A DNA stretch of 62,119 bases, filler included, from Barthelona sp. PAP020 (Eukaryota): NCBI GenBank assembly GCA_040182905.1. It is 5 parts of 5 records of this genome, joined end to end, with 100 filler letters (N's around TTAATTAATTAA, not from the genome) between each part and the next. Parts side by side here need not be neighbours in the genome. Positions count along the whole stretch, not along the records: positions 24,943 to 37,426 come from JARQWU010000348.1; positions 37,527 to 49,837 come from JARQWU010000349.1; 3 more parts are not named here. The stretch is one strand, 5' to 3'. Each line of letters begins with the position of its first letter. Position 1 is the stretch's first letter. Under the pieces are notes generated by a model. It searched no databases. It had not been told where the DNA came from and saw only the letters and a program-made list of their open reading frames with translations. Both the position numbers and the translations under genes were made by a program. Below are positions 32,536 through 44,400 of this stretch, in pieces.

Positions 32536-33201
32536 ATGAGTTCAGAAGAAATTGTTGAAGCTGTTACTGCAGAAGAAATTGTTGAAGAGACACCTGAAAA
32601 TGTTTCTGTTGCCGAGGAAGAACCTAAAGAAGAAGAAAAAGAAGTAGAAGAGGAAGAAAAAGAAGAAGAGGAAGAAAGAGAAGAAAAAGAAGAGAAAGAA
32701 GAAGAAGTTGAAGAAGAAATTGAGGATGTTAAGGAAGAAGAATTCGCTTCTACTCCCAAAAGAAGAAGATTACGTTCTTCTCAAGTTCCTGAAGAAGAGT
32801 CTGATTATGAATCTGAAGCTGAAGAGGAAGAAGAAGAGGAAGAAGTGCCTAAACCCAAAGAAGAATTGAAATTAGAATTTTCCCCTGAAAAATTAAGATT
32901 TTGTGCCTATCCCAGAAGAAATTATGTTGTCCAAGTTCACGAAGTTGATGAAGATGGTGTCCATACTGTTGAATTTTTGGGATATAAAAGAGAAAAATGG
33001 GGATATGTCTATGAAAAGTCTTTGCAACCTTTCACTGTTGCCAAGTATAATGAATTGATGGCCAAGAATTTATTGCCCAGTTCCAAGGGCTTAGAAATGG
33101 TCCTCGCTGTTTTCAATATTCTTAATGAAAAAGTAACCCCTCCTAATGTTGGTCCAAAGACTAAACGTGGAAAACGTGGCAAAAAGGGAAACAGAAAATG
33201 A
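32536..33201 (+). CDS. Glu-rich protein with C-terminal PWWP/Tudor-like domain and basic tail
   Basis: Poly-E N-half, NLS-like PKRRRLR, VEFLG...WGYVYEKSLQPF resembling the PWWP beta-barrel end. Confidence 0.55.
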   Translation: MSSEEIVEAVTAEEIVEETPENVSVAEEEPKEEEKEVEEEEKEEEEEREEKEEKEEEVEEEIEDVKEEEFASTPKRRRLRSSQVPEEESDYESEAEEEEEEEEVPKPKEELKLEFSPEKLRFCAYPRRNYVVQVHEVDEDGVHTVEFLGYKREKWGYVYEKSLQPFTVAKYNELMAKNLLPSSKGLEMVLAVFNILNEKVTPPNVGPKTKRGKRGKKGNRK

Positions 33202-33491
33202 TTTATGAATTGTTTTGGTGATTAGTTTGTAAAATAATTGTTTGTTGTGTTTTTTTGTTGTTGTTTTGTTTGCAATAAACTTTCTTTTTTTAATTTTTAA
33301 CATTCAATGTGTCAAGAAGAAATATTTTTGTTAGGTCTTGTCTTCAAGCTCATTTCGAACTTTTTATTTGTTTATTCATTCAATAGATCGTTTTTTTATT
33401 CATTTTTACTGTCAATTAAAGTGAAAAATTGATAAATGTATTAAAAAATTGTTGGGCGGTTACATCCAAACACATTTTTTTTTGGACGAAA

Positions 33492-35187
33492 ATGGATCAA
33501 TCAGCACTTTCGGGAGGCATGTTGACCTTTGATGAAGCAGGTCGACCATTTATTGTTATTAGAGATCAAGAACAAAAGGAACGTACAACAGGTTTAGAAG
33601 CTCATAAGGTTTTTTAAATAACTTATATTTTTGACTAATATGTAGAAAAATATTCTTGCGGCTCAATTAATTGCAAATACTTTGCGTTCTTCCTTGGGAC
33701 CCAGAGGTATGGATAAAATGCTCGTTAGTGGTGATGGAGATGTTCAGATTACGAATGATGGTGCTACTATTTTAAAGAGAATGGATGTTCAACATCAAAT
33801 AGCTAGATTGTTGGTTGAATTATCTTCTTGTCAAGATGATGAAGCTGGTGATGGAACTACTGGTGTTGTTGTTCTTGCTGGTGCTTTGTTAGAACAAGCT
33901 GCTAAATTGTTGGACAAGGGTATTCATCCTATTAGAATTGCTGATGGATTTGATACTGCTTGTAACATTGCTGTTGATACTTTGGCCAAGATTGCTGATT
34001 CGATTGAATTTTCAAAAGAAAATACTGATCCTTTAGTTAGTACTGCAAAGACGACATTAGGTTCAAAGATTGTCAATAAACACATTGATAAAATGGCCAA
34101 AATTGCAGTAAATGCTGTATTATCTGTTGCTGATTTTGAAAGAAAAGATGTTAATTTTGATCTAATCCAAATCGAGTCTCAAACTGGTGGAAAATTGGAA
34201 GACACTGAATTGATTAATGGTATTATTTGTAATAAAACCAAGTGGTCTCATCGGCAAATGGCTAAAGAAGTGAAAAACCCCAAGATTTGTTTATTGACTG
34301 CACCATTTGAACCACCAAAACCTAAAAATACTCACCAATTAAACATTTCTTCTGTTGAAGCTTATAATGAAATGGTTGAAGCTGAAATTAAGTATTTTGA
34401 AAATATGATTCAAAAATTAAAAGATGCAGAGGTTGATGTTGTTTGTTGTCAATATGGTTTTGATCATGAAGCAAACCACTTATTGATGCAAAACAATTTA
34501 CCTGCAATTAGACATACTCATCGTTACATTGAACCATTGGCTTTGGCTACTGATGCCAGAATCATTCCCAGATTTGAAGATATTACCAAAGAAAAATTGG
34601 GAACATGTGAGCGTGTGTATGAAGTTTCAACAGGAACTCAAGATGATAAATATATTGTTTTTGAGGGTTGTCCCAATTCTAAAGCTGTAACTGTATTCAT
34701 CAGAGGTGGTAATGAAATGATTCTTGCTGAAGTTGAAAGATCCTTACATGATGCCATGTGTGTTACTCGTAATTTAATTAAGGACAACAGAATTGTTTAT
34801 GGTGGTGGTTCTTGTGAAATTGCTGCTTCTATTGCAATTTCTGATGAAGCTGACAAGTTATCAACTGTAGATCAATTTGCTTTAAGAGCTTTTTCTGAAG
34901 CCCTAGAAACAATTCCTACTGCTTTAGCTGATAATTCTGGTTTGGGTGCTATTGAAACTGTTACTGAATTAATTGCTGAACAAAAGAACACTAACAATGC
35001 TTATTTGGGTGTTGATTGTATGTTAAACGGTACCAATGATATGAAAGAACAAATGGTTTTCGAAACATTCATTGCAAAGAAACAACAATTCTTGTTGGCT
35101 ACTCAAGTCGTTCGTATGATTTTAAAAATTGATGAAGTTATTGATCAAACTGTAGATCCTAGACAACAACAACAAAGAAGAAGATAA
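33492..35187 (+). CDS. CCT5: CCT/TRiC chaperonin subunit epsilon; exons 33492-33608 and 33646-35187
   Basis: FDEAGRPFIVIRDQ N-terminus, GDGTTGVVV, PFEPPKPK; splicing restores LEAHK|KNILAAQLIANTLRSSLGPRG. Confidence 0.96.
33609..33645 (+). other. Spliceosomal intron, 37 nt
   Basis: GTTTTT...gaCTAATatgtAG; removal joins both CCT5 exons in frame. Confidence 0.92.
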
Positions 35188-35439
35188 AGCGTTCCGTACA
35201 TTCAAATGAGAATTAATTTGTGTATATGTGTGCCTGCGTATTTATATAAAGAGTTTTGCGTTTTTTATTTGTTTATCCTATTGATTGGATTTTTTTCAAC
35301 ATTTTTCTTCTTTATTTTTCTTCTTGTACGAACCTTTTCCAGAACTTTCCCCAAATCAGAAACTGGGAAAACTCAGTTGATTAATAAATAATAAACCTTA
35401 ATCTTTATTCTTTTTGGGTGTTACAGAGCGGTATCAGCA

Positions 35440-36249
35440 ATGAAAAGAAACATTCCACAAGGGTTGTTTAATAAAAATATTTACCCTTATAAAGAGTGGG
35501 TTCAGCTCTTCACTGGAATTTATTTTTAGGAGACCAAAAGAAGAATGCTGACCGTGGATTCCCTCAAAAGAAAGCAGTCTCGATCCTTAAAATCTCCTTG
35601 TGTGTAAGCAACTTCCTGAAGACAACTACAGTATGTGAAACCAGGTGAATTGGAGACTCTGTTACCGATCATCAAGCAGAAAACAGACTGCTTTTTAGAT
35701 TTTGAACCTTGGGACTACTTACCTCAAGGTCTAAACTTTCACTTACGAATGTGTTCCAGTTTTGGTTTTGATTTCTCAATTCCGGATATCATGCAAAACC
35801 CTCTTTTTATAAAGAAAATAGCAATAATTGTTTTTAAAAAAGAAAAGTAAAGGAAGGAAACAGATGTCACAGGAAAGCTGCAAACAGCGGAAATAGTGTT
35901 TCAAAGATACCGAAAGGGTGCATTGCAAGAAACAAACCTGATAAAACATAAAATGAAGTTGCAAAGCATAGACTCTATGGAAGTGTTCTGTGAAAGAAAT
36001 AGACACTTGAACATCGAACTCCCAATTTAATTAGAAGAATCGATAAGTATTTTGTAACAAGAAAAAATCAGGGGAGATCTTACACCAAGAATGATTAAAG
36101 GAATAGTAGCAACGGATGCTTCACCATTGAAAAAAGGGATTGCGATAAATACAAGCAATACCACGAGAATGCAGTCAAAATAGGCAGACTGATCAAAAAA
36201 TGTTGCCCTTCCAGAGTTTCAAGCACTAGAAGATGTGTTACAAAATTAA
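35440..36249 (+). pseudogene. Decayed ORF, possibly a transposase relic
   Basis: One frame of 270 codons from an ATG with 9 stops; more GC-rich than normal intergenic DNA; contains GIVATDASPLKKG. Confidence 0.4.
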
Positions 36250-36470
36250 AAAACAGCGTGAGTCATCTTGATCTTCTTTTTAAGCCAAATATCAATGTAC
36301 TTTTTTCAAACACAACAAAAGACATTTCACTCTTGTTCAAGTTCCATATTAATGTACTAGAGATAATACATTACCAAATGAAAGAATTGTGACGCTTTAC
36401 AGAATGAGAAGGTAAAACTTTGGAAATCACCATCTACTCATGAAAAAGAAATTAGTGACACAAAGACAAT

Positions 36471-37426
36471 TTACACCACGCATAAAGCCATCAGATCCTC
36501 AAAGCTACATACTGCTAAATCTGTGCCCAAGACAGAGAATTCCAAAAAAACACTTCTCATTGTTTCAGCGATCGATTGATATTTGGAGATATATATTTTA
36601 ATGGAAAGATTTATGAATTCATCAAAGTTCTCACGATTAACAGATCTGGGTTTGAGCCCAAGTGATTTAAAATTGAATTCTGCAAGGTCAGTTGAGTAAA
36701 ATTGGTATACAAAGGGTTTCAATGATGGGAATATCTTGAGACACAGATCACGATCAACACCATCAAACATGTTCAAAGAGCTGGTTGAAATGAGACCAAA
36801 CGGGGTTGGTCCAAGAAGACTAATTGGTATTTGTACCCGATGGATGAGACAATGAAGAATGAAATAGCTCAATGAACGTAAGGTTGATTCTTCCAAATCA
36901 TCATCAAGTTTGAATGATCCCCCATTTGTTTCGCCCATAAAGTTGAAACTAGTGGGATTATCAATAAGCCAATCAATGAAAGAGAGCAGAGTTAATGGTT
37001 CAGAAAGATCACTGAGTTTGAACATAATGTTGTGGGACACGTTGTCAATGGTGAAGCAACGTTCAAAGAAAGAGCTGAATTGTTCATCCAAACGTTGCTC
37101 AACAATCAAAGGTTCAGCAATTTCCATATTGAAATTGAAACTCTCCACAACATCCACGATGTGAATTGAACACCTTTCCTGAGTAGCAGATTTATACAAG
37201 TCATAAATTTTTTGTTCAAGTTGCTTCAAACTGACACGTTGTTTGATGTTCTGAGTGATACATTGAAGAATGATTTCATAGAGTTCATCAGTTTTATCAC
37301 CTGCATTTTCGAAGTAGTTTTGTATTGTGATAACGCTTTCTTGCAAAAGAGTTGGATAAAACATGCGAATCAATAATTTACCTAAAGCGAAAATATCCAT
37401 TGAAAAGTCAACATTTGCACTTACTA
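36471..37426 (-). CDS. 5'-truncated protein kinase C-lobe fused to a degenerate HECT-like region
   Basis: Open to the contig end; DIFALG (subdomain IX) and CITQNIKQRVS (XI), then VNRENFDEFINL...TMRSVF...SFEDLMALC. Confidence 0.55.
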
Positions 37427-37526
37427 NNNNNNNNNNNNNNNNNNNNNNNNNNNNNNNNNNNNNNNNNNNNTTAATTAATTAANNNNNNNNNNNNNNNNNN
37501 NNNNNNNNNNNNNNNNNNNNNNNNNN
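37427..37526. other. Artificial contig-joining spacer
   Basis: Same 44N-TTAATTAATTAA-44N block. Confidence 0.97.
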
Positions 37527-37625
37527 ATCCGCTCCTAATACAAGTCCACCTTTGTAGATGCAACCCGCAATTGTAGTACCAGTCTTAGTAAATCTGGTTT
37601 TATCGGTCGACAAATCAATCGGCAT
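37527..37625 (-). CDS. 20S proteasome beta-2 subunit (PUP1/PSMB7 type), 5' fragment cut by contig end; absent from the ORF track
   Basis: Manual translation MPIDLSTDKTRFTKTGTTIAGCIYKGGLVLGAD contains the KTG/TTIAG...LGAD processing site. Confidence 0.88.
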
Positions 37626-37898
37626 TATAAAAAAATTGTTATATAAAAATGAGATTTTACACCCATTATTTAATATTCACCTTCATTTGAAAGGAAATCA
37701 TTTTATTTTTTCTGATAATCACAAAACAATTGAAGATTCTTTCAAAGAAATGAGATTTGAATTGATGGGCTTCTTTCTTCCAACAATATTTAATTTCTTG
37801 AGTAAATTGATTTACAGAATGGTGAAATTATTCAATATCGCAAAATTTGTTTGGAAAAAACAGACTGAAAAATAAACAAAAAATAGAACGCAAAACAT

Positions 37899-39550
37899 TT
37901 ATCGGAAATTGGGATCGTTGGCACCTGTAGGCATGCGCATACCAGCTTGTCTGGCAATAATCATGTAATCTATTGATAATAGAGTTTCAACAGCTTCAGT
38001 GGCAAAACGAATGGCCCATTCTTTACAAGCTAAATTATCAAAAATACCCTTTTCATTGAGATCTGTCACATCCAACTCGTCAATATCGACACCAGCGTAC
38101 AAATTACCATTTTGATGGGAGGCGTACAATTTTGATAAAGTTTCTGTGGTGGGCATACCAGCTGTTTCAGCAAGAATACGGGGTACAACTTCAAAAGCAC
38201 GACCAAAAGCAGTGAAAGCATATTGATCTAAGCCAGGTCTCTTTTCACCTTCGGCAACAATTCTTTTGGCCAATTCAATTTCTGTAGCACCACCACCAAT
38301 ACAATATCTGGCATCTCTTCCTAATAATTTGACATTATTAACACCATCATCAATGGCACGGACAAAGTCGTCCATAACGTCCATAGAGGAACCACGGACA
38401 ATAATGGTGGAAACAGAGGAGATAGCGGGATCTTGCTTGATGACAACAACTCTATCTGAACCGATTTCTAAAGCTTCAACAGAAATACAATGTCCCAAAT
38501 CTTCAGCAAGGGGAGGTTCTAAGCGATTTAAAGGTCTAGCTTTAATAACACGACAAATACGTCTCATGTCCCACTTGGAAAGGCACTTAAGAGCAACGAT
38601 ATTGAATTGTTCCAAATAGTGAATGGCCATGTCAGAGAAAGCACCACCAACGATAACAACATTAATACCCATATCTGCAAGAGCTTTGACAATCTTATGC
38701 ATGTGTTGTTCTTCAGAAAGAGCGTAGTTTTCCAATTCTTGTCCCGAGTGCATGACAACCTTTGACGAGGTTTCACCCATATCTGCATTGAAATTACATC
38801 CAAAAACAGCAATACGACAGTTTTCAGCGGAGGAAATAGTTCCTTCGGGGCGACGATGAAGAACAAAACCAGGAATAACCTCAGAATTTAAAACAGTACC
38901 ACCCAAGATTTTGATAGATCTAACGTTGTCAACATTAAATTTCAAAGGATTTTCAGGCATAACATTTAAACAAGCTTCAGCAACAATATCAGCTAAGAAA
39001 TCTTCAAGGCCATGTTGTTTGGAAGAAAGACTAGTTTTAATTGCTTTGATAACATTTTCTTTTTTGAAAATGTCTTCAACTTTGAAAGCCTCCAATTCTT
39101 TCATTTGTTGAAGGGCGAAATTTTTTGCATACTCATAACCTTGGACAATTTCATTCACATTTAAACCAGATTTCAATAATTCACCTGCCTTGTCGAGAAG
39201 TTCACCAGAAAAAACAATGGTGAAATTGGTTCCATCACCAATTTCCTTTTCTTGATTCTCAGCAGCTTCAATTATCATTTTAGCTGCAGGATGTTGAATT
39301 TCTAACTCGCGAACCATAGTAGCAGCGTCGTTGGTGATAAACATGTTACCATGATGATTGATAATAATCTTATTAAGACCTAATACATTAGTTACAAGCA
39401 ACAAACCAATTCAATACCATTTGGACCAAGGGAAGTTTGAGGAATCATCGAAACTTCCTTAACAGCTTTAATGTTGTTTTGGGTTGTTTCTTCTGGACCA
39501 CTACGTTCTTGCATACCATCTTGCAAGATTCTAGGATTGCCAAGTGACAT
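37899..39550 (-). CDS. CCT8: CCT/TRiC chaperonin subunit theta; exons 39550-39418 and 39379-37899
   Basis: QTSLGPNG|LNKIIINH after splicing; TNDAATMVRELEIQHPAAK, GDGTNF, FNVDNVR. Confidence 0.95.
39380..39417 (-). other. Spliceosomal intron, 38 nt
   Basis: GTATTG...aaCTAATgtattAG; removal restores the SLGPNGLNK motif. Confidence 0.92.
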
Positions 39551-40181
39551 TGTAAAGAGGAAAAGAGTTTTTTATTGCGCTTTTTTCTTTCCAATTTTAA
39601 TCAAGTATCATTCCAAAAATATTTGTAGTTGAAGAACTTTTCATCGTTTGGTGCAACTTATTGCTTGTTTAAATATTTTACACAATGATTGAATTTTTTT
39701 ATATATTGAGGAGATATTCCTGTCATATTCCTCAATGATCGAATTGCTATCCTGATGAGATGATTCTTTGGGAGTGTTTTGTTTTTCTTTTTTTCACCAA
39801 GTTCTTTCCCTCTTGTTAGCAAGAGAAAAGTTAAAATATATATAAAATAGACTCAATGTAAAAGATTCAATTCTTGAATTATATTTGTTTTGAATTTTCT
39901 TCTTATTGCGATTAACAAAAGAATTTTGTAATTGTAAAAGAAAACAGTGATTTGAATTTTAACCTGGTTGAACAAGAACCTTTATCTTACAATTTGCTTT
40001 TCACCTTGAGCCACTTTCATGAAATTTAAATTAGTTAAAAGTTTTTTGAAGCGGTTCCAAACAAAATCCACAAACATTTTGAAAAAAGAAAAAAAATCAA
40101 GGGTTTACACGATTTGAAATGACAATGTTGACTTCAAAAACAAGACACATTATCTTTGATCTTTAGAAATCACAAAATTTC

Positions 40182-40931
40182 TTACTTTTTCATCTTGAAA
40201 GATTTTTGACCTTTAGTTTTGTTCTCCTTTTTCATAGGTTTCTTGTCCTTCTTTTCATAAGGCTTCTTGTCCTTCTTGTCAATGGGTTTCTTAAACTTCT
40301 TGTCAATAGGCTTTTTGACATGTTTCTTGCCATGTTTCTTGCCATGTTTCTTATTGTGACGGCGTTTGAATCTGCGAATACGTCTCTTACGGAATGTAAC
40401 TTTCTTCTTCATGCACTTATCATCTTCAGATTCACAAGAACTGCTTGATTCTTCAGTCTTTTCATAATCAGTGCAAGAATCTTCAGAATCAGTGGAATCA
40501 CAAGAGCAATCATCAGTTTCAGTTTCAGTGCATTCAGTTTCAGTTTCAGTGGTGCATTCAGTTTCAGGTTCAGTGGTGCATTCAGTTTCAGGTTCAGTGG
40601 TGCACTCAGTTTCGGGTTCAGTGGTGCAATCAGTTTCTGGATAAGGATGAGGATGAGGTTTAGGTTTAGGATATTCTTGTTCAGAACATTCAGACATGGA
40701 ACTCTTATCATCGGTTATGTAAGGGTGTTTTCCACAGTTAGGGTGTTCACAATACTTATCTGAATCAAAAGCACTACCTTCACTGTCAGTTGAAGAACAA
40801 GAAGAGGCTGAGGAATCAGTAGATGCCCATTTCTTAAAACTGTTTGGCTTCATGTATCTCTCGTTTTGATATTGAGCAAGAGATGTGCCAATTAATAATC
40901 CAATCAAACAGATTGCAAGCAGATTTTTCAT
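40182..40931 (-). CDS. Secreted low-complexity protein with CTTEPETE repeats and Lys-rich tail
   Basis: MKNLLAICLIGLLIGTSLA signal-like peptide from ATG 40931; GA-rich coding-like composition. Confidence 0.75.
   Translation of the reverse strand: MKNLLAICLIGLLIGTSLAQYQNERYMKPNSFKKWASTDSSASSCSSTDSEGSAFDSDKYCEHPNCGKHPYITDDKSSMSECSEQEYPKPKPHPHPYPETDCTTEPETECTTEPETECTTEPETECTTETETECTETETDDCSCDSTDSEDSCTDYEKTEESSSSCESEDDKCMKKKVTFRKRRIRRFKRRHNKKHGKKHGKKHVKKPIDKKFKKPIDKKDKKPYEKKDKKPMKKENKTKGQKSFKMKK
40513..40640 (-). repeat. 24-nt coding tandem repeat (~5 units, CTTEPETE)
   Basis: gtgcattcagtttcaggttcagtg units on the + strand. Confidence 0.9.
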
Positions 40932-41402
40932 CTTACAAAAAAATAATAATAACAATACACTGACTATTTTACAAATAGGCTCAATAAAAACAGTGAAATG
41001 CTGTGGAAATCAAATCAAATCACATCACTGTTCAAAAAAAAAAAAGAAAAATTCAAAAAAACAATAATTACATTGAACTTCAAATGGAAACAAAAACATA
41101 GAAAAACATAAAACAACAAATAAAAAAAAAAAACTGCAAATAAAAAATTTCATTTTTCTTCATAATTTTAAATGATTTGAAAATAAATTAACTGACAACA
41201 TTTTGTGATTAACGAAAAAAATTGCAAAATGTTCAAATTTTTGAGACTGTTGAAATGGTATTGGAGAAACTGATTCGTTTTGAAGGAATAAGGATGGTAA
41301 TTCTTATCAAAACAAACATTAAACAGTTGATTGAATAAGAAAAATAGAGTATTCTTTACAAAAAAAAACTTGGGATTGTTTTGGCTATTCCAGTGAACAT
41401 TT

Positions 41403-44400
41403 TCAATTCAAAAATAACTCAAATCTTAAAATTAATTCCTCTAAAGCCTTTAACTGTGAATCAAAACCTGAGATGGATATTGGAGGTGCAGGAACCAATT
41501 TTAATGAAGAGCATTGAACGGTCATAATTTTAGTTAAGGTACTGCAATACGCTGATAACAATTGTTCAACATCATAGACAGAATCTAAAGGTTTCTTTAT
41601 CAAAAGAAGACAAAAATTTAAATTTTTTTCGATTTCTTGTTTTAATGGGGATTTCAATCTGTAAATAATATTTTTAATTGTTGACAAATACAAATTAAGG
41701 TGTTTTAAGATTCTAACCTTAACACTATTAATATTGACAGTTTCAATTAAAGGTTTTTGTTGAATATCTTTACAAACTACATAAATGTGAACTCTATTCA
41801 AGAGTAAGGTTATTCCACCTTGATTCAACAAAAAGGAATTATTCTGAGTTAACAGATTGAAAACCCTGAAACTTTCAGTCTTTGTCCAAAAATCACTGGA
41901 AATGACATGATTTTGGAAATATTCATCCAAAATAATTTCAAATTCAACAAAAGAAATGTGTTGGGTGGGGACATACTTTTTGAAAATAAGTTCCGAAAAC
42001 GTATTGATTGCAGTCTTTTCTGCTGGTAAAAACTTTAAGATAATCCATAAAAACTTATCAATATGAATGCTATTTGAAGGATAAGAATCCCTTTGAATCA
42101 AAGACAAAACATCATTGCTGAAATCAATCCAGCAATTATGTAAAATTAGCTCAGATATCCTTCCTGCTTCATTTATCGGAATATGATCAGATTTCAACGA
42201 TAAATTAGATTGTTCTTGTCGAATTTTATTTTGAAGCTGAGAATGCAAAGATTTACAACTTTTTCTCAACATGATTAAATCAAAATAGCTTTCAGGTGGA
42301 ATAGAACCCAAAATAAGGGAACAGATTATCTTCCCCAAATCGAAGAAATTAAAATGATGTTGAAGACTGATGCAATAATTGTAAGCTTCTAAACGTCCTC
42401 TCAAACCACTATTTCTCAAAAAATAATTCAATAGAAACTCTGAAAAATTTTTAATCCGATTTTCACTCATGACGAAGGACTCCAATGACTGGTCATTTAG
42501 ACATTTCAAAATGGTTATTTCAAATTCATCAATCAAAATTCTTGAAACATCTTCAGTATATTTAAGAGATTGAATTGCTCCATTTTTCATCAATTTTAAA
42601 CCTACAATTTGATACATTAAGGGTAATTTTTGTTGATTATCACCATTATTAGCAAAATCTTCAAACTTTTCTAAAGATACCATGTGTTTCAAATTCATTC
42701 GAGGAGTCAAAGAATCTATCAAACGTTCAGATTGATTCAATCGGAAATATTGTTTCAATTGCAATAAAACTTCTAATATTGATATACTACCATCTTGATT
42801 TGGATCAAATTTCACTATCAAATCTTCTGTTGTTAAATTATTGACCAATTTTTGTAACATCTGTGGAATATCATGAACAGGATCAGTCATTTGTGTGGAA
42901 ATCGTATGTTTTTGAACAACGGAACGTTCCCTGTAAGGAACTTGTAATTGTTGCTGGTTTTTCATCATACTATTAGGAGTAACATTTAAAGGCTGTAATT
43001 TTACACCATGAACTGCTTTTTTATAAATAGAATCTTGAACGCCATCATTAGGAACACTATTTGTATCTAAAACAGGAACATTGGATAATGTGGTAGGTGT
43101 TTGAATATGATATCTGAATGGTGAATCATTTAACTCTTGATTAGATGAAGTATCTCCAGTAGAACTCTTATGTTGATGTTGATCAATCAGTTCCAAAACT
43201 GAATCAGTCAAAACCATTGACCCAACTCGAATAAACTTTTCCCCAATAAAATGTTCATCAGACACCGTGGAATTTTGAGAAATCAAAGAAGCATGACTCG
43301 ATAAAGTATTCTTAAGCCGTTTGTCAGATATCTTTTTGGAATTGGGTGTGCTAAAATCATTACTTCTACAAATATTGTTCATATTACCAAGTGTATTAGG
43401 TGTACCAGGTGTACCAGGTGTACCAGGTGTTTGTTTGTGTTGCAATAACATTGAATTAACAGTGTTTGATGACGAGTTATAGATATAATTGGAATTTGTG
43501 TTTCGATTAGTTGATTCGCCACTAGCTATACTATTAGACGTATAAAATTTATCCGAATGTACAGCATTAGAATGGGTCTTATTCGTCACTTTTTTAGTCT
43601 TTACTTCTTTCTTTTTTAGCTCCAAGCGTTTAATTTCTTTTTCTAAATCAAACTTGCGTTTCTTTAATTTTGCCATTTCTTCTTGCCCTTTCATTATATC
43701 TGTTTTAATGCTACCTAAAGCTATACCATCCAAGCTATCAATTTGATGAGATAATTCTGTTTTTTTGTCTGACAATTTGTCAATTTGTTCCTTCAAATCT
43801 CCAATTTGTTCCATCAATAACATTTTTTTTGCTTCCAAGGCACTTTCCTCAAGAGTTTTGCTGAGCATCTTTTTATATTTCTTTGAGACAGTCTTTAGTT
43901 CATTTTCCAACTTTTGAACTCTTGAATTACTTTCTTGAAGTTGTGTTTGAGAAATTAAAGCTTGTCTTTTACAGTTATTCATTTCTTTCTTTGTAAGTTC
44001 CAGTTCTTTCTTTTCTTTTTCCCGTAATTTTTCCCATTCAGTTTGTCCTATTTCTGGTTCTACAATTGGATTGATTTTTCGTTGGACAGAACTATCAGGA
44101 TTTACATTCAAAGTTGCTAAATACTGTGGAACTTTCTCAAAAGAATCATTTATTCTAATTTGAGACCCTAGCAGCATTGAAAGTGTTTGAGATTGATCAC
44201 TAAAATCAGAATTCATTCTTGATATTCCATCGTTATTGATAGAACTTGCAACGGAACTTCTTCTTGTCATTGATTGAGGATTCAGCGATGGAGTCGTTGA
44301 AAAAGAATCTAATAAATTTGTGTTACCACCTGATATTGATGGAGTTGAACCTGCGTTGTCAAAATCAAAATGTTGGTTAGAATCTTTATATGTTTGTATC

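Noticed and set aside
13569..33233. TGTAAA downstream of several stops (13569, 17872, 21095, 33228) as a poly(A) signal
   Set aside because: Present in a minority of genes and plausible by chance in AT-rich DNA; needs 3'-end data.
35440..36249. In-frame stops as evidence of stop-codon reassignment
   Set aside because: All three stop types interrupt this frame, and conserved genes end normally in TAA, TAG or TGA with no internal stops.
33492..39550. Apparent CCT5-CCT8 chaperonin cluster
   Set aside because: The genes lie on different contigs separated by the spacer at 37427-37526.
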